DNA of 24,000 bases from Candidatus Enterococcus stercoripullorum (GCA_019120335.1 DWVH01000038.1:34321-58320); one strand, 5' to 3'; positions 1 through 7,430 are shown, counted from the first letter of the stretch. Notes: a model not told the origin generated them from the sequence alone. Numbers and translations are program-made.

Positions 1-132
1 ATAATTAATTTGTACAAATATTTAGAACCTGCACTTCGTTGATAAAATCGACATTTCGTAGATAGTTAATTGAAATTTTTCTTTTAAGGGTTTACATTGT
101 AGTTGAAAAGAGAAAGAAAGGGGGATAAGAAA

Positions 133-186
133 ATGATTCAGGCGGATATTTTTGACTGGTGGTGGCGGATAATTACTGGAAGATAG
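133..186 (+). CDS. Micro-ORF, 17 aa (MIQADIFDWWWRIITGR); function unknown
   Basis: ATG at 133 lies 7 nt after a strong SD-like GGGGGA (120-126). Stop TAG is at 184-186. It sits directly upstream of the thioredoxin-like gene. Too short for the ORF track. No homology can be asserted. Confidence 0.2.
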   Translation: MIQADIFDWWWRIITGR

Positions 187-217
187 AAATAATGTTGAAA
201 AAATTGGGGGAGATTAG

Positions 218-817
218 GTGTATAGTAAGATAAAATTTATCGTTTTAACTATGGCTATAATTTTACTTATTTTTTTTGGATTCTACATAAAGAATCAGGA
301 AAATAAGGGAGTATTAAATTCAAAAGTGAGACAAACAGTTCAAAAACAAGCTTATGATAAAATGGAGAATTATGAAAAATATTGGTTGGAAAAGTCTATT
401 CCGTCAATGAAAGTAACAAATCTGAGTAATGAACCTATTATAATTGAAAACAACTCTAGCCCTAGTTTATATGTGGTATGGGCTAGTTGGTGTCCCGATT
501 GTCAAAGAGAGTTACCTATTATTGATTCACTATATAATGAGTTTTCGGAAAATGTTAATTTTATTACGATAGATTTAGTCGGTTTTAAGGGAGAAACTAT
601 CGAAGATGCAAAAAGAATGTGTGAAGATAAAGATTTGAGTGTGCCAGTGTTTTTTGATACTACCAAGCAAGTTTACCAAAAATTAAATATTTTTGCTATT
701 CCAACTTTATTTTTTGTAAATAATAAAGGAATTATTAAAAATATAATAATTGAAAATGCTGATGAAAGTACATGTAGAAAGCTTATAAAGAATTTATTAG
801 TTAGTAATAAATCTTAA
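218..817 (+). CDS. Membrane-anchored thioredoxin-like thiol-disulfide oxidoreductase (TlpA/ResA/BdbA-like)
   Basis: GTG start lies after SD GGGGGAG. N-terminal TM helix (FIVLTMAIILLIFFGFYI). Thioredoxin-fold active site VVWASWCPDCQRELP (CxxC). A cis-Pro region (FAIPTLFF) is typical of the family. Confidence 0.8.
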   Translation: MYSKIKFIVLTMAIILLIFFGFYIKNQENKGVLNSKVRQTVQKQAYDKMENYEKYWLEKSIPSMKVTNLSNEPIIIENNSSPSLYVVWASWCPDCQRELPIIDSLYNEFSENVNFITIDLVGFKGETIEDAKRMCEDKDLSVPVFFDTTKQVYQKLNIFAIPTLFFVNNKGIIKNIIIENADESTCRKLIKNLLVSNKS

Positions 818-908
818 GTTTATTAAAGTTTAATTTTTGTCGTTACTATTTATTTATAGTAGGTTGGAATGTAACAGTTGGGTGAATTGAAAGAGAGGGG
901 GTGATACT

Positions 909-1007
909 ATGAAAAAACTAACTCTAAAGAAGAAACTTTCAGTTTTTGCTGGCCGTTTCTGTGTGATTGGACTTCCGTGGGGAATCGGACTATTTTGCTT
1001 CGATTAA
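909..1007 (+). CDS. Candidate bacteriocin/peptide precursor, 32 aa (MKKLTLKKKLSVFAGRFCVIGLPWGIGLFCFD)
   Basis: My own translation; the ORF is not in the track. Strong SD AGAGGGGGTG ends about 6 nt before the ATG. Basic N-terminus is followed by a hydrophobic C-terminal part with exactly two Cys. It lies between a thioredoxin gene and the ABC/C39 exporter genes. Confidence 0.6.
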   Translation: MKKLTLKKKLSVFAGRFCVIGLPWGIGLFCFD

Positions 1008-1013
1008 AGTAAT

Positions 1014-1049
1014 TATCAAATAATATAGCATATTGTTATCTATTTGATA
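1014..1049. promoter_or_regulatory. Imperfect palindrome (TATCAAATA ... TATTTGATA) just downstream of the peptide ORF; possible operator or weak hairpin
   Basis: The 9-nt arms at 1014-1022 and 1041-1049 are exact reverse complements. There is an inner AATAT/ATATT symmetry. AT-rich, so significance is modest. Confidence 0.3.
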
Positions 1050-1073
1050 CGAGAAGTTACAATTCTAGGTCAT

Positions 1074-1120
1074 GGTCGGTGGTTAATATGGTTTATGTAG
1101 ACTGCCGACCCTTTGTTTAT
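1074..1120 (+). terminator. Possible leaky terminator/attenuator between precursor ORF and ABC genes
   Basis: GGTCGG (1074-1079) pairs with CCGACC (1105-1110), followed by CTTTGTTTAT. The loop is large (~25 nt), so this is weak. Confidence 0.3.
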
Positions 1121-1134
1121 GGGGAGGTCTCCAA

Positions 1135-2001
1135 ATGGGTAATGAAATTCTTAGAATAGATAGAGTGTGTAAAAAATATGGTGCGAAATATGTTTTAAAT
1201 AATATTTCAATAAATATTAATAAGGGCGAAATATATGGAATTGTTGGTGAAAATGGTGCGGGTAAAACTACATTGATGAGAATTATTTTAAAACTTGTTT
1301 ATCAAACATCTGGAACAATATCATCATCAAAAACAATGCATATAGGTGGCTTAGTTGAAGCACCTGCACTTTATAATTCTCTTTCTGCATATGAAAATTT
1401 AAAATATTACGCTCAAGTGCTAAGTATTAACGATAAAGAAAGGAAAATTAAAGATATTTTGGATTGTGTAGGATTATCTAATGTTGAAGAAAATAAAAAG
1501 GTAAAAGATTTTTCTTTAGGAATGAAACAACGATTAGCAATTGCACTTGTTTTATTGGATAGACCGAATGTATTGATTTTAGATGAACCAACAAATGGAC
1601 TTGACCCTACTGGTGTGAGAGATATTAGAAAACTGATTATAAAATTAAAAGCAGATTACGATATGACAATATTGATTTCTAGTCATATTTTACGAGAACT
1701 AGATTCAATTGTTGACTGTTATCTCATTATGCATAAAGGGAGACTAATTACAAAACTAAGTAGTGATGAATTGATACAGAATAAAATAGTTATACAGGTA
1801 TCAAATATAAAATTAGCATATTCAATATTGAGTGACAGAGTAAATAATGTTGAAATAATAAACAAAAATATAGAAGTAAAAGATGAAAAAATAACAGTTG
1901 ATAATATTATAAACGTGTTGCGAGATAATAATATTGAAATAGAAGGAATTTATAAAAGAAGAATTAGTTTTGAAGATTACTATCTTGAAAAGAAAGAGTG
2001 A
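1135..2001 (+). CDS. ABC transporter ATP-binding protein, ABC-2 / LanF- or BcrA-like (putative self-protection transporter)
   Basis: Walker A GENGAGKTT, signature FSLGMKQR, Walker B LILDEP, H-loop SSHIL. SD GGGGAGG lies upstream of the ATG. Confidence 0.9.
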   Translation: MGNEILRIDRVCKKYGAKYVLNNISININKGEIYGIVGENGAGKTTLMRIILKLVYQTSGTISSSKTMHIGGLVEAPALYNSLSAYENLKYYAQVLSINDKERKIKDILDCVGLSNVEENKKVKDFSLGMKQRLAIALVLLDRPNVLILDEPTNGLDPTGVRDIRKLIIKLKADYDMTILISSHILRELDSIVDCYLIMHKGRLITKLSSDELIQNKIVIQVSNIKLAYSILSDRVNNVEIINKNIEVKDEKITVDNIINVLRDNNIEIEGIYKRRISFEDYYLEKKE

Positions 2002-2711
2002 TGAAGGTGTACAGTTTATTTAAAGCCGATTTACATAGATATATTTATGAAAAAAAATATTTATGGACTCTAATTATTCCGTTTTTGATAGTTGCGTGTC
2101 TGGGGATTATATTAAAAGACAAAACGAATACTCAGGGCGTCAACATTATTTTAAAAACAATGAGTATGATTAATCCATTATTTTTTTCGACTATTTGTCA
2201 TTTTTTTATTGGAGAGGATTTTTCTTCTAGGACTATCAATAATTTAATTATCAAATTTTCTAGAAACAAGATATTTTTCTATAAGAGTATTTCAACAATA
2301 ATTTATTCAATATTTTTTATATTTTATGTTTATACAATAATATTATTATTAAATTATTTCTTTTTCAGTTACTTTAATTTTAGTTTTATCTTTAAACTAT
2401 TTTTTTATCAATTTCCATACTATGTAGGTGTTGTTTCTTTATGTATATTCATATTTAATTATGTTGATAAAATTGTTCAAGCATTTGTTATATATTTGAT
2501 ATTTGCTATATCTTTTGACGATCTTTTCCTGTATGTTTTTGGAAATGTAATTGATTCCAAAGTAATCGAGAAGTTTCTCTTGTTTTATCAATTGAAAAAT
2601 ATTGATATTGATAAGTCTTTTTTTAATCTTTCGCTATGGATTGTAATCATATTTATTTTTACTTTCTTGTTATTAAGTTATTTCTTATTTAATACTAGAG
2701 AATTTAAGTAA
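2001..2711 (+). CDS. ABC-2 type integral membrane permease partner
   Basis: Overlaps the ATPase stop (TGATG; the track start is GTG at 1998). Extremely hydrophobic, about 6 predicted TM segments. Translationally coupled to the upstream ATPase. Confidence 0.75.
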   Translation: MKVYSLFKADLHRYIYEKKYLWTLIIPFLIVACLGIILKDKTNTQGVNIILKTMSMINPLFFSTICHFFIGEDFSSRTINNLIIKFSRNKIFFYKSISTIIYSIFFIFYVYTIILLLNYFFFSYFNFSFIFKLFFYQFPYYVGVVSLCIFIFNYVDKIVQAFVIYLIFAISFDDLFLYVFGNVIDSKVIEKFLLFYQLKNIDIDKSFFNLSLWIVIIFIFTFLLLSYFLFNTREFK

Positions 2712-2737
2712 AGGGATTCTATTGTGAGGTGATATTC

Positions 2738-3325
2738 ATGCGGAAAGTTTTTCCTTTATTAATTATAATTGTTTTACTATTTCTGTTAGCAATTTTAGTT
2801 AGTTTATATCAATCAAAAACCACAATTTATGTAGATAAATCGTGGACAATACAAGAAAAAAATATAGAAAGTATTGATTTGTATGGTACTGAACAGCCTA
2901 TAAAGGTATTGATAGATAACGAAAATAAGTTTGAAAGAACAGTGGTAAGCGTATCAGGAAATGTTTCAAAATCAACTTTAGATACAATAAAAAAAGCAAA
3001 AAATAGAAAAAGTAAGTTGTATATTCCGTTTTCTCAAAAAGGTTTTAAATTGATAACGACGTCAATTGGGAAAGATGAATTGATAGTGAAGATACAATTA
3101 GGACGAAATGCAACTTTTAAATTTATCAATATAAACACTTGGAATGGGAAAATCACAGTAAAGGTACCGAAAAATTATGACGGTAGTTATGATGTAAAAT
3201 TAAATCAAGGAGCTAAATTAATTGAATGTCCTCCTACTGAAAGAACAATGAAAAGTGTTATAAAAATAGATGCTTATCAAGATACAATTATTGAAAGAAG
3301 CGATAGAAATGATTCATCATCATAA
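2738..3325 (+). CDS. Membrane-anchored, beta-rich extracytoplasmic protein of unknown function (possibly DUF4097/LiaG-like)
   Basis: ATG at 2738 follows SD GAGGTGA (the track start 2729 has no SD). Single N-terminal TM (FPLLIIIVLLFLLAILVSL). Alternating beta-like segments such as NTWNGKITVKVPKNYDGSYDVKL. The family assignment is tentative. Confidence 0.55.
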   Translation: MRKVFPLLIIIVLLFLLAILVSLYQSKTTIYVDKSWTIQEKNIESIDLYGTEQPIKVLIDNENKFERTVVSVSGNVSKSTLDTIKKAKNRKSKLYIPFSQKGFKLITTSIGKDELIVKIQLGRNATFKFININTWNGKITVKVPKNYDGSYDVKLNQGAKLIECPPTERTMKSVIKIDAYQDTIIERSDRNDSSS

Positions 3326-5348
3326 ACAACATTCTATTTCAGATTGCGGTCTGTCTTGTTTAAAAACATTATTATCTTATTTAAATATACAAACAAATGA
3401 TATAGATAAATATTTTGATTTATGTGGTGAACAAGGACTTTCTTTATATGATTTGGAAAAAATTTTACGAAAATATGGGGTAGAGTCAGAAGCTTATGAA
3501 ATTATAGATACTTCATTAATTGAGTCTATTAGTTTACCATATATTGCAGTTATTAGTAGAAATTCTTTTACACATTACATTGTTGTTCTTGATTATAAAA
3601 TGGATATAGGTTTTACGGTATCTGATCCAGCAGAATCTACGTTTACAAATCTGCGATATGACGATTTTATCAGTATATTTACAGGGATTGTATTAACACC
3701 TGTAAAAAATGTAAATACAATGAATAGAAAAGTTAGAACATTTTCAAAAGAAAAAGATGATTATTCAAAAGAACTGTATAATGAGTTTATAAAAGAACTT
3801 TCGATATTAAAAAGAATGAATTTATTTGTTTTAGGATGTGTAAAAATTATTTTACCGATTTTTCTTTCCTTGTTTATGCAGTATATGACTGTAAATATAA
3901 TATCTATTGAAATGAGCACTCAAGTTTTTTTGGTTATTTTCATTATATTTTGTCTAATAGTATATAAAATAATCAGTATGACTGAAGTTAATTTGAGAGT
4001 AAGTTTAGAAAATGAACTTTTAAAAATAGTTTTGAATAGGTATTATGAGAAAAGACTACAAAAAATTGCAGATAATAGAAACTATGACTACATTTTGGGA
4101 TATTTTTGGAATTTACTAACGTCTGTTTCGGGAATATTACAAAAATTTTATATGAAGATATACCTATTTTTAGTTGTTATTTCAATTTTGTTAATATTTT
4201 GGTTTAATTATATTTTTGGGATTATTACATGCTTATTTTTAATGTTTTTATTTTTATACAATGGTTTCAAATTATCATACATAGAAAGTATTCAGAGAGG
4301 CTTGGTAAGTTCAAGTTCCAATTTTACTTATCTAGTTGAAAGTTCAATTGATGGAACTTATGATATTTTATCATTTTCTAAGGTAGATGATTTTAGAAAA
4401 GAATTTGATAAAAGGTTAAGTAATTTATTACAAGAAAAGATGAATTATGAGAATATTAACAATCAAATATTAACATCTATTCAAGTTTTTTCAGTAACTT
4501 TAATTTGTTTACTGATATTAGTTAGTCATATATTTTATTTTGATACAACAATTATTGACTATACAAATATTGTTTTCATTATATTGTTGTTATCAACTAT
4601 ATTACAGCCTCTACTTGTTACTTGGTTATCTTATTTCAAAAGTAAGTATTCTATGAATTTTGTTCATTTGAAATCGTTTTTTTACGAACAAACATTGATA
4701 GAAAAAAACTTAACATTTAACAAAATTGATTCTGTCGTTCTTGAAAATATATCTGCTACTTATGGTGATAAAAGAATTTTTGATAATATAAATATTCGTT
4801 TTGATTCTGGAAACATATATGTAATAACTGGTCATAACGGTTCTGGAAAAAGTACTCTATTAAAAATATTACATGGATTTATAAAACCAAATCAAGGTTA
4901 TATATATTTAAATGATTCAAAATTTGAAAGTTTAATAGATACTGATGTACAAAAGTATGTGGCTCTTTATACAAATGAGTTTAGGGTGTTTGCTGGAAGC
5001 GTAGAACAAAATATAAAATTTAATATGTTTGATGATGTAAGACAAATAGTAGCAGACGATAGTTCGTTTATTGGTCTACCTTTGTCATATCTAATTAATT
5101 CTAATGGGCGTAATCTATCTCAGGGTCAAAGACAAAAAATTTTATTGTTAAGGACACTGAAGCTAGATAGGGATATATATTTTTTTGATGAACCTACAAC
5201 AAATTTAGATACTCATACAAAAAAAGAATTTATTAAGAAGCTTATGGAGTTGAAAGAGCGTGGAAAAATTATTTTAATTGTTTCACATGATAATGATTTA
5301 ATAAAAATATCGTCTAATATTCTGAATATGAATCAATACGCAGTTTAA
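3309..5348 (+). CDS. Bacteriocin-type ABC exporter with N-terminal C39 peptidase domain (SunT/LagD/ComA-like)
   Basis: C39 motifs: Q-x5-C (KQHSISDCGLSCL), His (FTHYIVVLD), Asp (VSDPAE). Multi-TM core. C-terminal NBD with Walker A GHNGSGKST, signature LSQGQRQK, Walker B YFFDEP, H-loop VSHD. Start is uncertain (3270 in the track; 3309 puts the ATG just before the C39 domain). Confidence 0.85.
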   Translation: MIHHHKQHSISDCGLSCLKTLLSYLNIQTNDIDKYFDLCGEQGLSLYDLEKILRKYGVESEAYEIIDTSLIESISLPYIAVISRNSFTHYIVVLDYKMDIGFTVSDPAESTFTNLRYDDFISIFTGIVLTPVKNVNTMNRKVRTFSKEKDDYSKELYNEFIKELSILKRMNLFVLGCVKIILPIFLSLFMQYMTVNIISIEMSTQVFLVIFIIFCLIVYKIISMTEVNLRVSLENELLKIVLNRYYEKRLQKIADNRNYDYILGYFWNLLTSVSGILQKFYMKIYLFLVVISILLIFWFNYIFGIITCLFLMFLFLYNGFKLSYIESIQRGLVSSSSNFTYLVESSIDGTYDILSFSKVDDFRKEFDKRLSNLLQEKMNYENINNQILTSIQVFSVTLICLLILVSHIFYFDTTIIDYTNIVFIILLLSTILQPLLVTWLSYFKSKYSMNFVHLKSFFYEQTLIEKNLTFNKIDSVVLENISATYGDKRIFDNINIRFDSGNIYVITGHNGSGKSTLLKILHGFIKPNQGYIYLNDSKFESLIDTDVQKYVALYTNEFRVFAGSVEQNIKFNMFDDVRQIVADDSSFIGLPLSYLINSNGRNLSQGQRQKILLLRTLKLDRDIYFFDEPTTNLDTHTKKEFIKKLMELKERGKIILIVSHDNDLIKISSNILNMNQYAV

Positions 5349-5389
5349 TAGATTGGTTGGACCGTGTAAAGTTTTTGTTGGTAAGTTAA

Positions 5390-5418
5390 TTACGAACATC
5401 CCCTCCATGGTGTATAAT
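5390..5418 (+). promoter_or_regulatory. Possible sigma-A promoter (TTACGA-17-TATAAT)
   Basis: The -10 TATAAT at 5413-5418 is perfect. The -35 TTACGA at 5390-5395 matches 3/6. It lies upstream of the 29-aa ORF. Confidence 0.3.
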
Positions 5419-5451
5419 AATAGTGAACAACAAACACAGGAGGAGAGATAC

Positions 5452-5541
5452 ATGTATAAGTTGATTATGTACCAATTTTTACAAAATTTAAATCAAGAAA
5501 GCTTAGAAGATAGCGTAAATGTCTTATTGTTTTTTGATTAA
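5452..5541 (+). CDS. Small ORF, 29 aa (MYKLIMYQFLQNLNQESLEDSVNVLLFFD); unknown
   Basis: Strong SD AGGAGG (5437-5442) lies about 8 nt upstream of the ATG. This is the 3' part of track ORF 5353..5541, whose upstream start lacks any SD. No TM segment, no Cys. Confidence 0.3.
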   Translation: MYKLIMYQFLQNLNQESLEDSVNVLLFFD

Positions 5542-5557
5542 AAGGCTTACAATGAGA

Positions 5558-5586
5558 TTGACGAAAGGAAAGTGTGGTTATAAGAT
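5558..5586 (+). promoter_or_regulatory. Sigma-A promoter candidate (TTGACG-17-TAAGAT)
   Basis: TTGACG at 5558-5563, 17-nt spacer, TAAGAT at 5581-5586. About 75 nt upstream of the 55-aa membrane ORF. Confidence 0.45.
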
Positions 5587-5661
5587 GACTTTTCATAAGT
5601 GGTGGCAGTGATTACTCATTAGCTATTATAGAAAGAACATGGATAAAAGAAGGGAAAAGCG

Positions 5662-5829
5662 ATGAAAAAAGATCATTTATTAATCTTTAGTTTTGTATTA
5701 GCATTTTTACTGACGATTATTTTCAATGCTTATCTTCCTTCCGTCGCAAAAGTATTTAATTTTGTCACTTTTTGGATGCTAATTGCTGTGATAGTATATA
5801 GAGTCTTAATAAATAGAAGAAAGAGATGA
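5662..5829 (+). CDS. Small 2-TM membrane protein, 55 aa; paralog of the 7231..7425 product
   Basis: My own translation: MKKDHLLIFSFVLAFLLTIIFNAYLPSVAKVFNFVTFWMLIAVIVYRVLINRRKR. It aligns with ...LLPILLNSFSPTAARVYDFVSFWLFIFAALYLVVYELYKKKKG. SD AAGGGAAAAG lies upstream. Confidence 0.55.
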   Translation: MKKDHLLIFSFVLAFLLTIIFNAYLPSVAKVFNFVTFWMLIAVIVYRVLINRRKR

Positions 5830-5844
5830 AGGAGGGAATTTCAG

Positions 5845-6105
5845 ATGGTAATTAAGAAGTATTATCCAGTTCTACTTGTGATTGGTCTGTTGTTTTGGTT
5901 GAGTGTGTTTATCCTTCCCGCTGATTTTTTGAGTGCTATATTAGGAAATTTTCGTTGGGGTGGTGTCGTCGGATTGATTATTAATCCGATAATTGGTGTA
6001 ATTTGTTTGCTTTTGGCTTTACGATATAAGAATTATTGGATAGCTGGCTTAAGCATTCTTTTAGCTGGACTTCTTCCACTTGCAATTACGTTATTTGGAT
6101 TTTAA
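5845..6105 (+). CDS. Small integral membrane protein, 86 aa, unknown function
   Basis: SD GAAGGAGGG lies 8 nt upstream. Three hydrophobic segments. Follows the previous small gene by 15 nt. Confidence 0.6.
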   Translation: MVIKKYYPVLLVIGLLFWLSVFILPADFLSAILGNFRWGGVVGLIINPIIGVICLLLALRYKNYWIAGLSILLAGLLPLAITLFGF

Positions 6106-6110
6106 GTATG

Positions 6111-6155
6111 TCATTCTCCTTCGAAAATTAAATGAGGAAGAATGATTGTTTCGTT
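6111..6155 (+). terminator. Rho-independent terminator candidate
   Basis: TCATTCTCCT (6111-6120) pairs with AGGAAGAATGA (6135-6145) with a 1-nt bulge, followed by TTGTTTCGTT. Confidence 0.5.
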
Positions 6156-6157
6156 GT

Positions 6158-6331
6158 AATGATAACGTTTTATCTCAAGCGTGAGTTGTTATATAATGAA
6201 CTTATGAAAGTGATGTTGAAGTAAGGAAATAGGAAGAAAATCTTGATAGCTGATTCTATTTACTCATCATTGGAGTTACACATTAGAAAGATGGGAAGAG
6301 TCTTATGTTGCAAGCATTAAACAAAAAATGA
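6158..6331 (+). pseudogene. Decayed duplicate of the promoter/5' region of the 7164..7458 small-membrane-protein operon
   Basis: Shared blocks: AATGATAACGTTTTA (6158-6172 and 7164-7178); TATAATGAAC; GAA(G/A)AAAATCTTG(-/G)(A)TA. The 24-nt block GAGTCTTATGTTGCAAGCATTAAA is identical (6298-6321 and 7424-7447). In this copy the first gene is collapsed and interrupted, and the second ends after 8 codons (MLQALNKK*). Confidence 0.5.
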
Positions 6332-6445
6332 TATTAATATTACAGCGTAGAATAATCATGAATGATTAGAAAGGAGAAATTATTTCGGAAAAATGCGGTT
6401 ATTTAGTGGTTTTGTAATAATTTATAATATTTAGAAAAGAGGCGA

Positions 6446-6940
6446 ATGAAAATGTCAAAGAAATTAGTAAAATTGGGAGCTACTATTTTTTTAATTATCA
6501 CATTATTTAGTCAAGTATGTATTCCTTTTATCTATGCGGATGAAGTAGGGGATCAGACTATGAAAATTGAAATCGAAAAGAAAGAATTAGATAAAACAGA
6601 TACCATGAAAAATGTAGAATATTTAGAAAATCAGTGGTTAATAGGATATTTAAATAAAGATGGTAATATTGAAATGTATACTTCAATAGGGAGAGAGAGA
6701 AATGGTGCATTATTAAAAATCTTGGTTTATATAGGGAAGATAGTTGTTGGGTATATATATGCTACAGTTATTGATGGTATTGTCATTGCTGCTACTGGTA
6801 AAAGTGGTGCAGAATGGGTATCTATTGCTATTAAAAATGTTGTAGGAAAAAAATATACAGGGAAAGTATATTTGCCTGAAAATGGTCCATATACTTGTCC
6901 CAGTGTAGTTATTGACCATTCTGGAATGTGTGGTGGATAA
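6446..6940 (+). CDS. Secreted protein, 164 aa, with Gly-rich hydrophobic C-terminal half and C-terminal Cys pair; candidate secreted toxin/large bacteriocin-like protein
   Basis: Sec-type signal peptide (KKLVKLGATIFLIITLFSQVCIPFIYA|DEV). C-terminal segment GALLKILVYIGKIVVGYIYATVIDGIVIAATGKSGAEWVSIAIKNVVGKK, then YTCPSVVIDHSGMCGG. No family recognised. Confidence 0.6.
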   Translation: MKMSKKLVKLGATIFLIITLFSQVCIPFIYADEVGDQTMKIEIEKKELDKTDTMKNVEYLENQWLIGYLNKDGNIEMYTSIGRERNGALLKILVYIGKIVVGYIYATVIDGIVIAATGKSGAEWVSIAIKNVVGKKYTGKVYLPENGPYTCPSVVIDHSGMCGG

Positions 6941-6942
6941 TT

Positions 6943-7035
6943 ATGAAAAAAACAGCTAAAATAAATAAACTATCTTTAAGTGCTTATATTTTAGGTATAC
7001 TTATATATATATTGGTACATCTCCTGCTTTTGTAA
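6943..7035 (+). CDS. 30-aa hydrophobic peptide (MKKTAKINKLSLSAYILGILIYILVHLLLL); possible immunity/partner peptide
   Basis: My own translation. The ATG lies 2 nt after the stop of the 164-aa gene (translational coupling is plausible). Single TM-like segment. Followed by a terminator. Confidence 0.4.
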   Translation: MKKTAKINKLSLSAYILGILIYILVHLLLL

Positions 7036-7060
7036 CAAATAGTGTAATATGCATACACAA

Positions 7061-7094
7061 AAAGCTCCCTCTTTACGAACAGGGAGTTTTTCTT
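7061..7094 (+). terminator. Rho-independent terminator
   Basis: GCTCCCT (7064-7070) pairs with AGGGAG (7081-7086), 10-nt loop, then TTTTTCTT. An A-run lies upstream. Confidence 0.55.
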
Positions 7095-7194
7095 GTCCAT
7101 TAACTTTAATGTTGACTTTTGTTAGTCATTTGAACGTAAATAAAAAGTTACACTATCCCACACAATGATAACGTTTTAATTTGTTATAAATACA

Positions 7195-7203
7195 TGATAT
7201 AAT
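7195..7203 (+). promoter_or_regulatory. Extended -10 promoter element (TGATATAAT)
   Basis: TG-n-TATAAT with the hexamer at 7198-7203, about 28 nt upstream of the ATG at 7231. No good -35. Confidence 0.45.
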
Positions 7204-7230
7204 GAACCTATAAGAAAGGCTGTGAAAATC

Positions 7231-7425
7231 ATGAACAAAAAGAAAAAATCTTGGTATACAATCCTGTTTATTTGTGCTGGAATTCTTGGGTTTTTGCTAC
7301 CTATTCTCTTAAACAGCTTTTCCCCAACAGCTGCTAGAGTTTATGACTTTGTTAGTTTCTGGTTGTTCATTTTCGCAGCACTTTATTTAGTCGTTTATGA
7401 ATTATATAAGAAAAAGAAAGGGTGA
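7231..7425 (+). CDS. Small 2-TM membrane protein (64 aa from ATG 7231; the track gives GTG 7222)
   Basis: Hydrophobic 2-TM protein with a Lys-rich C-terminus. Paralog of the 5662..5829 product. SD AGAAAGG lies upstream. Confidence 0.6.
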   Translation: MNKKKKSWYTILFICAGILGFLLPILLNSFSPTAARVYDFVSFWLFIFAALYLVVYELYKKKKG

Positions 7426-7430
7426 GTCTT

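Noticed and set aside
832-860. Dedicated promoter for the 32-aa precursor (TATAGT at 855-860).
   Set aside because: No acceptable -35 lies at 16-18-nt spacing. The precursor may simply be co-transcribed with the thioredoxin gene.
5353-5541. 62-aa ORF from the track, starting at 5353.
   Set aside because: There is no SD at the non-ATG start at 5353, and it would begin 5 nt after the exporter stop. Only the internal ATG at 5452 has a strong AGGAGG, so only the 29-aa version was kept, at low confidence.
5585-5611. 8-codon ORF MTFHKWWQ overlapping the -10 of the 5558 promoter.
   Set aside because: It has no SD and would start inside the promoter -10 element. It was noted only because of the WW similarity to the 133-186 micro-ORF.
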